The notes under the pieces: model-generated
Seen by the model: only the letters and a program-made list of their open reading frames with translations
The model's database searches: none
What the model was told of the DNA's origin: nothing
Made by a program: the position numbers and the translations under genes
Assembly (NCBI RefSeq): GCF_006345805.1
Contig: NC_043016.1
Coordinates: 4,092,001 to 4,156,000 of the forward strand
Origin: Octopus sinensis
Taxonomy: Eukaryota
Length of the DNA stretch: 64,000 nucleotides
Reading direction: 5' to 3'
Part shown: positions 36,306 to 50,420 of the stretch, in pieces
Numbering within the stretch: position 1 is the first letter of the stretch
How the letters are laid out: each line of letters opens with the position of its first letter

Positions 36306-39300
36306 ACTTCTGAGTTGAGAAAACAGTTATGTAAAAATAATAATAATCTTAATAATTTTAATAAATTATGATATAACTTTCTGTTGTGTTGTTATTATTA
36401 TTATCAATTCTTAAACTGCATTCATGTAATCAGTTGAATGTTTAAAATTTATATCTTTTTCTTCCTGAAATTATTTTATTTTCCTGATTTATACAATATT
36501 TATTATTTTTTTTTTTTAAAGGATTGAACTAGTTATGAAATTATTTTTCTTACTGTAAATAATAATCGTATTATAACCTTAATATGGATCATTTTGAGAA
36601 CTATACTGTTTGTCTTCTAGATTGAATAGGCTATTTGTGTTATTTGCTGATAGCTTTTTCATTCTGTTGGTCCTAATTGGCCAAAAGTCAAGTGACTGTT
36701 ATTATAAATATAATATTTATGTAGAAAAAAATCATTTTTAGTATTGTTAATGCTAAAGGTTTGTGGCCTATTTTCCAGCAAGTCTTGCAATATATGTTAT
36801 AAGTTTTTTTCATTACATTATCGTTTATTATTGTATATTCATTATATTATTGTTTCATTGTATTATCTTGCCTTTCTTTGTGCAAGTCATTAAACTAGTA
36901 TGAAACGAAATAAAACAGAAATAGATATAACAGTATGTTTGTTATATCTATATTTTCCCATGATTCTACCACAGTGCAGTTGCTTGTCTCTGCACAATTT
37001 CAGTTCAAGTGCAACTAAAAAATAATAATAATAAAAAAAGAAAAACCATAATGATAAAAAAGAAAATGTTTATTGATACATATGTGAGTGGTGGAATGTA
37101 AAATGACACGTTTGTCTTTATCCTTCTGTACGAATTACAACCGACAAAGACCTACATTTTGCAGGAGTAGGTAGAGCTGTTTAAATTGATCCTTCAGTAA
37201 ATATTTATGTTTTTAAATGAAAAGCAAAGTTAAGCTGTGCAGGAATCACAATAACTGCATGCATTTATGATGAAAATGGTAAAGTTTTAAGTTGTAGTTG
37301 TAACTTGTTTCAATCATTGGAAGCAGGCCTTTTCTATTTACAAATAATTTGATACCTTGATCTAGTTCCTTATACTGTACCTTACCCTGTGTGACATCAA
37401 TTTTCATTAGGAAATATAGGTGGAAATGGTGTTTTGTGAAAGTCCTCACTGAAGACGGTGACTAAACTCTATGAACGACATGTCTGCTGTTACTGATTTT
37501 AAGTGAAGTTACTTACTGATGACCAAAGCAGTGGGTTGCTGTAACCTATGAATTGTGCATTTTTCATTTTTTCTAACCTGTCTCAGATCATGTAAAGGCC
37601 ATGGTCGCTGCTCTTTCACTTGGAACCTAGCCCCCCCCCCAAAAAAAAAAGAAAAAAAAGAAGAGCCATCACCTTATTGTAAAATTGTCATCTATACTAT
37701 GACAAATTTCCTTGTGCAGTCTCTGATCAACTGGACAAACTGGAGTTATCGCTGTATCTAGTGAACAATCATATAGGGGTAGCACTTGGCCATACACTTG
37801 TAGAATGGAATAAAAGCCATATTTAATTCAAAGAAGTCATCAGTAAGCCAAACTGAAATTAAAAGATGCAGTAAAACAAATGGTTGTTAACGAGAGGCAG
37901 TATTGTTTTTAACCACTGCAAGTAAGTTTAGGTGATTCTGCTTCTCTCTGGAACTGCATTCCTGGTAGAATCATTGAATAAACATATACAAATGTAAGAT
38001 GTTGCTGCTGGGAAACTCAGGAAGCGAAATAATAATAATAATAAGAAGAAGAAGAAAAAAAAAAATGACCTCATTAACTGTCTAAACTGCAGAAGGCCCA
38101 CACTAGTTAGCGGCATCAGCAGCAGTGAAGCAGTAGTTGTAGTGGCAATGATTAGGGTAGAATCAGTTTTTGAGATAGAAAAGCTTGTCATTAGAGTTCA
38201 TATTCTGGTGTGACTGCTGGCAGGGAGGGATATCCTGTCTCTTTGATGATTACATATTTTCTCTTTCTTTTTCTTTCTCAATTTCTTTCTTTATATCAGT
38301 CTGGAATTTTGTTTTTTAGATGACAATAGTGTTTATATATTAATTGTTATTGTCATATTTTAACTTTCATTTCTTACACCATCAGCCTTTCTTTCCAACT
38401 GCATAGTTATCATTTAGTATGAGAGACAAGTCAATAGCTGTCTTTTATTCATTTATTTATTTTGTACCTCCTACTTGCCTCTCCACTCTTCTCTCTCCCC
38501 CTTTGGTTTTTTTTTTCTCTTGTTAATAACAGGACACTGAAGTTGTAATAATTATTACTTGACATTAAGATGTGTGTAGGGGATGGAAAGCAGGAGAGTC
38601 AGTAAATGCTAGACAGAATGCCTTGTAGTAGGTATTTAGTAAATTAAAGAAAAGGACTTTTGGAAGACTGTATGTCTCTCAGCTTTCTGAGTTTGAATCC
38701 TGCCAGTGTGAATAACTACCTGGCTAGTATGCCCTGGGGTTTTGTTTTGTTGACTTACACCTCTTTCCTTGTAAATCTGAGTTTATGTGCCAATGTGAGA
38801 GATCAATAATTATTACTTGACATCAACTACTTTTATTGTTATTTTTTTTTTAGCCCCAGGTCAGCTCTGGTCAAAGATTATTCAGTTATGATTTTCCTCC
38901 TTTTATTATTTTATTGTTTTCAAATGTAGCATGTCTATGGCTACATGAACCAAATATATACTTTATTTTTTTTTTTTCTGCAAACCATATGTGGTGAGTT
39001 TTAGAGGGTTTTGTCTGCTCTTTCTAGTAGACTGAGTGGCAATGTTGAGACTTCTTACTTGGTTTTTTGCTATTCATGTTAGAATAACTGTTGTGTGTGT
39101 ATGTGTGTGTGTGTGAAATGATATGTGATTTTTCCATGAATCTTCCATCGCATGGTATTCCTCGGCTCTTTTGTTAGGTTTTGTCTTTGGTTTTGTATGA
39201 TGAGTTACAATGAGGCAACTTTTGCGATTCTGTCACAAATAACTTTACTTTCAAAAGCATTCTGATATTTGGATTATCTTGGATTACACACCATATTATT

Positions 39301-40179
39301 ATTACCCATTGAGATATAAATATATCACTGTTTCACTTGACCAATCTCACACATTTACACACACTCACATGCACACTCTTATACAATAGGTTTTAATCCC
39401 TAATTTTGTTCACAAGGCACTGATCATCCTCCTCAGGTTATAATAAAAGGTGCTGCACAGTGGGACTGAACGAAACCAAATACGAAAATGTTGCAAAGTG
39501 AACTCCATAACCACACAGCAATGCCTGCATCTATGAATACATGCACAGATGTATTTAAATGTACACAAGCTTGTAATGTAATTATGTATGTGTATGTGCA
39601 CACACACACACACATACATGCAGTGATGGATTTCTATTGTTCAATGAAGAGTTCAGTTGGTTGATCAACTGGGTTATATACTCCTGCTGTGAGTGGTTGA
39701 GCATTCCACTGATGTATTGTAACAGTAACCTTTAGCATGCTGAAAGCTAACCATGTTACTGTATGAGTTTTCTTCCCTGTAGCTGCAGGCACATTGTGTT
39801 GCATTGAGAGGGGAGAAAACTCATATGATGACATGATTCACCTTCAACATGATAAAGGTTAATGTAATTCTTGGGCAAACTATCTGCATAACATTGGTGT
39901 TCCTTTTGAATTCAAGTATAGTCCACCCAACTAACTTCTGTTTTATTTGCATCTACCTATTTTCACTCACAAAGTACAGGACACACCAGGGGGCATTTGA
40001 AACAAAGGAAATTGTCAAAGATGCCATGCTGTGGGATTGAACCCTGAGTCTTTTTACAAAGTGTACTTTTGAACAATTTGACCAAACTGCATGCACACAC
40101 ACAGCGTTATGGAATACTCCAACTACCATAGCATGACTATTTGTCCATTAGTCAGAAGTCTATTGAATGTTTGGTATGC

Positions 40180-40700
40180 AATACTCACTAGGCACAGATG
40201 CTAGCTAAGTAGAAAGTTTTTTGGTTTCTGCAGAAAATATGCCCTGTGTCAAAATAAAACCAAGGCCAGCAAGGTTATTGCAAAAATGGTTGAAAGGATC
40301 TCCAGATGTCAGAGTTGAGTCTACTTCACATATGTCCATGCTATAAGAATATCATTCCAAATGTTTTCTCCCCATTAGCTTGCTGTGGCCAACTTTGCAA
40401 CTGTAGAAATAAAGCTCATTTCTTCTATACCACACTTGAATGAATTGGAGACATGGCACTAGGTATACTCATACACATATTTAGTGGACACGTGTACACA
40501 TTTTGGATGGCTATTCACTCATCTGAGCTCATTCAGCTTTTGACAGGTTTTACTTTCCATCTTGCCAGGCATCCAAATTTACCATCCTCACAGACCAGCT
40601 TGGTTGGATTGACTGTTTTGGTCCTTATGCTCTGACCATTCAAAAGGTTCTACTAGGTTACATGTTACCATTCACACTCCCAAGTGGGCTGACCAAACAC
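40180..40700 (-). mobile_element. Highly decayed LINE endonuclease-region fragment
   Basis: Minus-strand remnants resemble the RTE APE region; no clean peptide. Confidence 0.35.
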
Positions 40701-41359
40701 ACACACACACACACAACTTTATTTACCCATGTCTCAGAGTTCAATTGCATGAATATGCTGTGGTTCAGTAACGATCATCATGATAAAAGAAGACCTTTAC
40801 TCTTGATACTGATGACGCCATTAAATATTTAGCTAATGGAATGTCAGTGTGGCCTAAATGATAACATATCGCACACATATACATATATATGCTATAAGAA
40901 AGTAACATGTGCACGCACACACACACACACATTTGCCACATTGAATGCTTTATTTTTTGTACTTTTAAGCCAAGTAGAATTTACCTACCATATTTATTCA
41001 TGTATGATACAAGAGGTTTAAAACGAAACATCAGGGTCAAAATTGATGGGTATCATTATGCTCAAGTGTAAGGCAAGAAAAGATAAGAAAATGAAATATA
41101 TTAATGATTTTTAGGTACAAAAAGTGGGTTTGCGTATATAATCAAAGGCACATTCATCATCATCATCATAATCATCATTGTGCTGTTTGCATGGATCAGA
41201 GTTTATTGGTGTAGATTTTCTAAGGTTCGAAGCCCCTTCTGCTGACAAGTAGGTTATATCTTATTTTCAGTGTAATATTTCCCCATGGTCAGGCCTGTTT
41301 TCACAGAATACTGGAAATGAATTACACACATATGTACACACATGGCTTTATAAATATAC

Positions 41360-41520
41360 AACAGGCTTCTTTCAGTTTCTCTCGACCACATCCACTCAGA
41401 AGGCTTTGGTCAGCCTGGGGCTATAGTAGAAGATACTTGCCCAGGTACTACATAATAGGGCTGATCCCAAAACCATCTGGTTGGAAAGCAAATTTCTTAA
41501 TTGCATAGCAACTGCTGTGC
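41360..41520 (-). mobile_element. Main-family SINE 5' half
   Basis: acaggcttctttcagtttc...gccttggtcagcctggggctatagtagaagatacttgccc. Confidence 0.7.
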
Positions 41521-42015
41521 TTTGTATTTGAATAAATTTTATAGTTATCTGGTTTTTGTTATATTTGAAAAAAAAAAAGAAGAAATCTCTAAGTTTTAAA
41601 TAATTTATGTAAAAATAGATTGATGATGTATCATGAGCTGCCAACCCTAAAACAAACTAGTTTGTTGTTGTAACTGATTTATATGCTTAGTATTATAGTG
41701 AAATGGAAGAATCCTTACAAAGTAGTTACGGTTTACTTCAACAAATAGTAAAGACAAAAAGGTTAACAAACTAGAATATATTATTTCGCTATTAATTAGA
41801 AGACAAGTTTAATGTTTCAGCTATCAGAGAATTAGCTATGTAGCATTTATTCATGTTGCTGTTTAATAGATTGGAAGACACGACATTATGGGCCAAATAT
41901 TTCTTCTATATCTTTAAAGAGTTTTACCTCAGGCATTAGACTTCTTTTCTGCTTGATGACTTAAATAATTTATTCCATTCTGTGTACATTTTGTATCTTT
42001 AATGTATTATTAACT

Positions 42016-42210
42016 AGCACTCTGTCGGTTATGACGATGAGGGTTCCAGTTGATCTGATCAACGGAACAACCTGCTCATGGAATTAACATACAAGTGGCT
42101 GAGCAGTCTGCAGATGTGTTTACTTTTAACATACTTCTCAGGGAAATTTAGTGTGACACAGGATGTGACTAGACTGGACCCTTTGAAATACAGGTACTAC
42201 TCCACTAAGC
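42016..42210 (-). mobile_element. SINE body (family of 4690-4962)
   Basis: ctagcactctgtcggttatgacgatgagggttccagttgatctgatcaacggaacaacctgctc. Confidence 0.65.
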
Positions 42211-42651
42211 CATCAAAATTAATTTACACTTTGACATATTAACAATTTATGTGGACATAGGAACCACAGAACAAACTTCTTTGTGCCAACTCAAACTACA
42301 AAAAATTGCTACCCATTTCATCTCACCCATTACTCTTCTCTGGTCTCTTAAAATACACATGGTGAGTAGTAGTAGGTTGACTTGTCTGACCATGGTCTAG
42401 TCAATAAGATACCAGTGTTTAGCTCTGGAATTTATCCTTGAGGCTTTATCTTTGCCTTTCTGCTGGAAGATAGTGTTTATAATATTGTCCACATTGAAAA
42501 AGATGTCAGATGATATTACTGTTACATCCTGATGATTCAATTCCAGGTTTTCTTACTCTTTCCTTACTCTTTCATTAAAATCAGCCATTAAAACATCAGG
42601 ATTACTTTGTCTTATTTTGCTATGTTAGCAGTTGATTTAATGTTGAGTTAA

Positions 42652-42872
42652 CCCTTTAGCATTTAAACCGGCCATATCCGGCCAAAAGTATTCTGCCTGT
42701 TTTATGTTCAAACAGGCCAGATCTGGTCTCTCACACCAACCCTACAATATCATTTTAAAAATTAACAGCTACCTCATCAAAATCTCATAGCTACAAGATA
42801 ATGCATGATTAGTTCAAAACAATGTGGATAAAGAAGCATTAATTTTGGTAGAATAATGTGAACACTAAAGGG
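42652..42872. mobile_element. piggyBac-type MITE, 221 bp
   Basis: TTAA TSD at 42648-42651 and 42873-42876; termini CCCTTTAG...CTAAAGGG. Confidence 0.85.
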
Positions 42873-42999
42873 TTAAAGTGCTTTTTATACTAGCTGTCAT
42901 ATTCCTTGCTGCTGACTGTTTCATGATGCTAATGTATAATATTCCCATTAGAAGTCTTAGCATATTCAGACCTGCTTTCATTGTATAACTTGACAATGT

Positions 43000-43900
43000 T
43001 ATCAAACATGAGGAATGAAAAAGAGTCTACATTGCAGAGGAAAATACAGGCAACTGCTATTTCCAGATGACCATTTTCTTATAGCAAAATATGTTGTAGA
43101 ATTAGAGAAGAGAATTCAGAGATGGAAGCAAAACCTGGGATGAAATAGTCTTGATCATAACTTAGCAAAGACCAAAGTTCTAGATAGAACTCTAATTCCT
43201 TCAGGAAAAATTGTTCTGCTTGATATATAGAAAAGGTTGTCAGTAGAAATTCGATACTGTGTACCCAGTGCAGAGTATGAACACACAAGGGATGTAGTGT
43301 CACAGGAAGGTTAATGGAGAAGGTAGACCTTGTATGTAGCAGATGCATTTAAGCAGTAAACATTAAGAACTCACACAAAAAAAATATTTTTCTTGAATGT
43401 CCAGGAGGTTCCCTAGAGGTAGTAGATAGTTTCTGTTACCTAGATGACTTAACTGAGAGTAGAGGAGGATGTCATGGAAATATATTTGCAAGAATAAGAA
43501 TAATATGTAAAATGTTCATTGAGCTGTTGGTGACAGATTTCTTAGATTGGAAGACATTTAAGGGAGACATGGGCACTGAATGCGGAGGATATGTGAAGAC
43601 TAGAAAGGAATGAAGTTAGTTTGTTCTGCTGCAACATCAGTATACTTGTACAACAAAGTGCGAATGTGTTGAGACAAAAATTGAATCTAAGAGAAATCAA
43701 ATGCTGTATACAAGAGAGAAGACTGTCCTAGTATGGTCATGTGATGCAGATGGATGAAGACAGTGCTAGTCACATAAAGTGAATGGAACTAGTACAAGTG
43801 GAGACCTAGGAAAACAGAGACAGAAGAAGTGAAAACTGATCTCAAAGTGTTGAACATTATGAAAAGATAACAAAGGTCTGAGATGGCTGGCAATTTGTTG
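43000..43900 (+). mobile_element. Highly decayed RTE LINE fragment
   Basis: Remnants EVVDSFCYLDD and YGHVMQMDEDS match the better copies. Confidence 0.6.
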
Positions 43901-44879
43901 TGCTTGAAAAGACCCTCCATCATGGTGAAAGTTAGGTCTTAAATGCATATTGTTTTTATCTTATACTCTCACTGGGCTGGGCCCTGCACCCACCTAGTTC
44001 CTATCAAGCCTTCCTTTTTATCTTCTTAACATCCATTCCTCCTTCACTTTTCTAACTACTGGTACTATTCAGGAGAATTTAATACATGATTCATCCCTGT
44101 TGGCATTACCAGTTACTTCCCCATATCCTCCCTGCAACCACTTTTAACATCCATTGTCTTTCTCAATATCATCCTTTTCCAACCAGTTGCCCCTTTATGT
44201 GGTGCCTTCACTTATTTCTCCTTATCCTCTCAGCTTCATCATGGGACTGCCATACCTCATCCCTGCCATCTATGGCTTCCACACCAATCTGTACCCCTTA
44301 CTCACTGTAGCCACTCCTACATACTTGTGACCTACATCTTTGTCTTTCTCTCTCCTCCCCCCATCACCCTCCTACTTCACACATAATCTCACCATTTTGT
44401 AAACGAGCTACAATTTATTATATTGTGGCTCTCTACCTTTCCTCCTGTACTGTCACTTATCACCCCCTCTTTCCTGAACCACTTATATCATTGATCCACC
44501 CCTCTATACTGATACGTACAATCCACCACTCCTCCACCCTTACTCCTCATTCACTCCCTCACACCCCGTATCTCCTATCATGCTCTTTTGAACTTACCCA
44601 CCCATGTTTCTTGATATTCTTCTTTTTCTTCTTTCTTTATACTTTGAGAATACTGTGTGACATGTCCTCATCTCTGTCTATGTCGGCTCTCTCACAGCTA
44701 CTCTCACACATCCTTGTTTAATGCAGAGTTGTCACATATCTCCCTTGATGCAAGGCATGCGTGCCGCCGCTGCTGCCGGTCTGTTTATCATATATTTAAG
44801 CCTCTCACTGGTCAACACTCGAGTCACCTCATTCTGTTGGGGGGCTTTTTCTTTGTCTTGCTCGTTGTGTAGCTTGGTG

Positions 44880-45070
44880 ACCTCACCAGTGCCAGTGTTA
44901 TGAGAAAAGCACCCAGTACACTCTGTGAAATGGTTGGCATTAAGAAGAGCATCCACCTGTAGAGACCATGCCTAAGCAGACATTGGAACTTGACATAACC
45001 TTGAAATGTGCCAGTTCCTGTCTAACTAGCCAATCCGTACTAATATGGAAGACAGATGTTAAATGATGAT
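44880..45070 (+). mobile_element. RTE 3'UTR terminal fragment
   Basis: aaaagcacccagtacactctgtgaaatggttggcattaagaagagcatcca...cagatgttaaatgatgat. Confidence 0.7.
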
Positions 45071-45904
45071 TGATGTTTTAACGTTACACACACACACACA
45101 CACACATGTATGTATATGTATATAGGTACAAGCTTAGTTAAGCAGTTTGCTTCAGCCCAACTGTATGGACCTCCAGCAAGTGTTTTCTGTTATATCCTCA
45201 GGTTAACCAAACCCTTGTGAGGGAACCTGGTAGCTGGAAACTGAACAAAGCTTACCATGCATGTATGGTGTGTTTGTGTATATTTGGTCTCTATAAAAAT
45301 TACACATTATGAGAGAAGTTGTTATTGTTTCTTTTGTTGTCAACAAACAGAATGCTTCTATTCCTCAAGAAAGAAAATGATTGATGCTCCAGCCTGACCA
45401 CATGAAAACTGAGTGATGGCATGTCAGTCATGTTGTTATAAATAACAGAGGAGTGCATTCATTCACCACCTCTACACAACTTTTCAGAGATGGTTTTCTG
45501 CACTTAACCTCTTTATACACTGAAATAATTCAGCCTCTAAAAGCTAGACTGGAACTGGTATCACTAAGTGCTGCTATGTAGCATCGATCCTATTGAATGC
45601 TTTGGAATCATCCATATCCCTCATGGTTCAGCTACTTTTATTAGTTTTTCATGGCTTATTAACTTTTTCACTGAAAGCTATAGTGGGCTGTCAAAGAAGG
45701 TAGTAAATTCCATGACCTCCAATCTATCAATAGCTAGGCCAAAAAAACCCCAAAAAAACTGCTGGAAAAGCTACATTCATTTACCTGGAATTGTACAGCA
45801 TATGTCTCTCATGGTTCATCAAAGATTTGATTGTAGTTTTGTTACCACATCGCTTCTCCACCACCCAAACCCATTGAACAACTTTCATGCTCTCCTGTTT
45901 GACT

Positions 45905-46095
45905 CATTAATATTTAAGCTGGCCATATCTGGCCTTCTGTTTTATGCTTAATTGACCAGATCCAGCCTCTCACACTTATCAAACAATATCATTCTGAATC
46001 TAAACAATCATACCATTGATATCTTCAGGCTATGAGATAATGCATGGATTAACTCAAAACAGTGTTAAGAAGTAAATATTACACTTAACTGAGTA
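45905..46095. mobile_element. Older copy of the piggyBac-type MITE
   Basis: ggccatatctggcc...ccagatccagcctctcacac...aatctgaatgctgaagggtt aligns to 42652-42872. Confidence 0.7.
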
Positions 46096-48899
46096 ATCTG
46101 AATGCTGAAGGGTTCAGAATATGTGCTTCAGCCAATCTGCTGACCAGTCTCTTCTGATTTGTTTTCTATTGCTTTGTTAAATAGTTTTTACACTAACAGT
46201 TCTCTATAGAGAAACCAACTTTGCATTGAAGTATTGCCCTATCAACTCCTAGTTTTCTCCACTGAGAAGAATATCTTCAGCTTCCAGTAACTGGGCCTCC
46301 TATCAATGTACCCTATCTAGCTTGACTGAGCAGATGACAAACTTGTAGAATGTGTAGCTTATCAGCTGAAATTGTGGACATAGTACACCGTCCTTATCTG
46401 TTGACCTAACAAATACTTTATCTGTATATGATATAGCTGACTTGGTGTAGTTTGTCCATATTCTTACTAGCACATTTGGAAAATCAGTTAGGACCTGCCA
46501 GATGGTTATTACTTCCTGAGCAGCTTTATGAGGCCATTACACTCTGCTTTCTTTATACTGGATACTCCTATACAGTCCCAGCATGCATATAAGATGCCAT
46601 TCCAATTCAGCACAAATGTATGGGATTTCCTCAAAATAACTGACTGAAGTAGACAAGCTGTCCTGCTCCTGACATGGTATAAACAGCCATTAATCTGAAA
46701 ACACCAACTCCCAACTTTGTTGCTGTTCACACCTTGTGTCACCAAATTACCTTATATGTTTAAGGTGATGATGATGATGATGAAAGTGGCAGGGTAGCAG
46801 AATAACGGGCTCCATCATTTCCTCAATATATATATATATAATACTTCTTCAAACTTAGCAGAAGCTCCCCTTCAGTTTGCACATCATTAGATATTTCCTA
46901 GAGTTAGTTGTTGTTTTTGATGTGTTATTGTTTAGTTTTAAGTGAATCCTGAATCTCTGAATGGGCAGACTTACGATGTATGATGTATGGTATTTCATCA
47001 GTGACCACCCCCTAACTCGTTAGGAATATGTAGGGCCACATTATGTGATGGCCCCCCTCCCCCTCTTTTTTTTTTTGCTTAAGATACAAACCCCATCTTC
47101 TGCTTGGTTCATCAAAGGTGATTTAGATTTCTTTAGAGTAGAAGTTAGAACATTTGTTTCAATTCTTTATAGCTACCATCTCATGGCATTGGTTTCAACA
47201 ATCTTTTATCACCCACTCGTACTTACTGTCTCCAGTTCTTTAGTCATTACATGGACTACTGATAATTACCATATGTTTTTTGCAGCTTCATATTTTCTAT
47301 TACCAGTTTCTTTTTTTTTTCTTTTTGTCTCAGTGCTTTATTTTTTATTTTTACTGCTGCTGCTGCAGCTACTACTACTACTGCTGCTGCTGTTGCTAAC
47401 AATTATGATGAAGAGGTAGATAAATACTAAAGCATCCTCCTTAATTTAATTAAGGAGAAACTGGCAAAGACTAAAAAATTTAGAATTTAGGGAGATTGTG
47501 CAGGTTATCTAATAGCTGTTGTTTAACAACACTGAAAGATTGCATGATAATTCTTCACAAAAAAAGATAAAATCAGTTTAAATAGGTATTAATGCAGTGT
47601 GTCAGCACATTTCTTAGATAAACTGAGAAATCTAGTGTTGTTGACTACTTGAAAACTCTCAGGTTTGTTTTCCATCTCCTCTAGATCAACCGATAAGTTA
47701 ATAATCATGAAACATCTGTGAGAAATTAAGCTTTTGATGTTAGGGCTGAAATAGCAGCATTAGTCAATTTGGTAGAAGCAAATAAGAAACAAAAAAGAAA
47801 AATGTTAAACCCCCTTCTGTATGTTGTAAATAACCCCCCAGAGTTTTGAACTTGTATTTATAAAACTACATAGTATAATCTTGCAAATGCTGGCAATACT
47901 CGTTGTCCAATCTCATTGAATTAACATCCAGGCTATTATATTCCTTAACTTCAGTGATTGGATAAGAATTTTTTAAATAAAAAAACACATTTTAGCTGGG
48001 ATAGAGAGGTACATCCTATGATATCCACAGGCCTATATGAGATAACAAGAATAATATGCCTAAACATGTATAGGTTAGTGCCTGCAGGAAAAAAGGGAAT
48101 TTGGGCTTTAGGTAAAATGGTTGAAATTAAGTGAAGTCCAGTAAGAGGCATCCAAGGACTAGGTACATAGTGGAGGTATACCATACTATGCTTCCAATGT
48201 GATATGGTAATATATTGGAATGATAGCTTGTGAAGGTGTCTGTTCTAATCCACTGCAGGTGTTTCATTATGTATTAGTGTAATACACTCAATTTTGGATG
48301 CTTTCTTTTGTGTAATTAGGAAGAAGGAATGTCAGACTCGATACTAATAGGGACTGGAGAGTTACATGCGTTAGACTAGGATTCTATTCAAGAGAACCTT
48401 GCTTTGTTTTTTCCTACTAAATTCTTCAAAAACTCTAGTTCTACAGGTCTCGTCTGATGAGAGTTCTTTCATTAAGAAGCAAATTTTCATAATTTCTAGC
48501 TCCTTTGTGGATATTTTTGAAATTTTTATGATGGGTTTACTTAGTTTCATACGTAAAGCAGTATTGCATTGTTTGTATAGACGGTATTGTTGAGTGGTTA
48601 AGAAGTTTGCTTTGCAATTATGATGTCACAGCTTTGATCACACTATGTAGTATTTTTGGTGTCTTATATAATTTCAGAGTGACATTGACAGTGAAATTCA
48701 GTAAATGGAAACTATGTTGAAGCCCATCAGATAAACTACATGTTAAGCAAAGCCTTCTTACACATTGTGTCATGCTAATCAGGTCTAAGAATTACATTCA
48801 GGGTACATATCTACTTAAACATCAATCCAGTGTGTAGGTAGGTAGTTCACATGTTTGAACATCTGGTTACTCATTTGTTGTTCTCATTGGAGAGTCCAT

Positions 48900-50420
48900 C
48901 ATCATCATATAGTACATGTACATCAGTTCAGTATTTTACATACTACTTGAAGTGTGGACACTCGCATCATCATTTGACAACTGGCAATGATGATGATGAT
49001 TATTTGAATATCTGATATTGTCACTCTTTCAGCATTGTTGAGCAGCATTCAGGTGGTTATTTTGACAAGTTCCATTATCCATGCAACCACCATACTAGTC
49101 TCACTGCAACTGTATCCATCCAACCAGGCAGCAATAATTTTGCTTTACCTTTTGCTGAGGATTTGTTCTTTGATTTCTGGATATGCCTTTGCCATGCTGC
49201 TGATGGAACATTTTCTACATACCTCTGCAGATGGCAGAGGTATGTATTCTGTTAAGCTTCCTTTGTTTAATGCTAAATTGGACATTGTAGATCTAGCTAC
49301 AAACTCATGACATCCTATAGCGTCTTCAAGCACCATACAACTTGTTTGGAACTGCTTCAGTCTGAATTTGTTTCATTTCTGAAATGGTCCCAGCCACCTC
49401 CGCAACTTTTCTTATTCTCCATTTTCTGTCTGTAAGCAAGTGTCCACCAAACCCTGTAATTTTCATTTGGTAGTGAGCTTTCACTCCTTTAACCCTTCAC
49501 ACCTACCTTACAATGTCATTTTAAAAATCAACAATCACATCAACATCTCAAAGCTACGAAATAATACATGGTTAATTCAAAGCAATGTTAATAAACAAAC
49601 ATTTGATAGAATAATTTGAACACTAAAGGGTTAAAACACTTCTGCTGTGCTGATGGAACAATGCAAAAACATCCTCAAACCTTTCTTTCTTACTTTCTCC
49701 CCTCCACTTTCTACATTCTTCTTTAATGACCACCTACACATTTTTTGTAAAGCCAAGTCTACTGGTCATCTACCACTTTCTTTCGATCCACAAATGGGCT
49801 CCCACTTTAGAGAAATTTAGAAAAAGCAATGTTGTCATCTTTTACTTTAAAAAATTATGATTGTGTCTTAGCTTCTTCCCTATCTTTTGAATCGGTTGCT
49901 TTTTGTTAGATGGCACTATCACAGTATGTTTGCAGATTTATTTCTATTCCCCTGACAATCTCCAGAGTTCACTTTTGTTCTTCACTCTCTTCCGTCTACG
50001 CATTGATGACTTACATCTAACAAAGCCCACTTGTATGTCCAGGAGACTCTTCTTTGTTCCCTAACGTCTTCTAGTTTTGCATCATCCACTCCTAATTTCA
50101 CTTGTTACATGCCAAACCTGCACTGATTCCATGAACATAGACTTGAAAGTATCCCCCAGTGGGTCTATGTCAAATTTGTCTCTTTCCACAGCAAGATAAT
50201 ATCAGTTATTCATAAGTAGCACTCAACTAGATCTCTCACATTTCTCCAAATTTTGGGCCTCATTATCATAAAAGATCTCTCTAAGCAAAAGTGTGTCCTT
50301 GATATAACTAAAACTGCTTCCCAATTACGGACCCCCAAAATTCTTCAGGGCTCAACAATTTTTGACACTCTACAAGCCTCAGATGAAGTCCATTAAGGAG
50401 TTGTGCTCCTGCATCTAAAA
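48900..50420 (-). mobile_element. Highly decayed LINE (RTE-like) interrupted by a MITE
   Basis: Minus peptide LNKGSLTEYIPL...V...CSISSM resembles a G.RQG..LSP RT motif remnant; weak. Confidence 0.4.
49493..49630. mobile_element. Internally deleted piggyBac-type MITE
   Basis: TTAA at 49489-49492 and 49631-49634; CCCT...CTAAAGGG termini; the interior aligns to the 3' part of 42652-42872. Confidence 0.75.

Noticed and set aside
37441-37490. ctgaagacggtg... as a Penelope-type hammerhead
   Set aside because: No GAAAC and no stem II partner; at most a decayed remnant.
48450-48500. CTGATGAG hammerhead-like start
   Set aside because: No closing stem II or GAAA.
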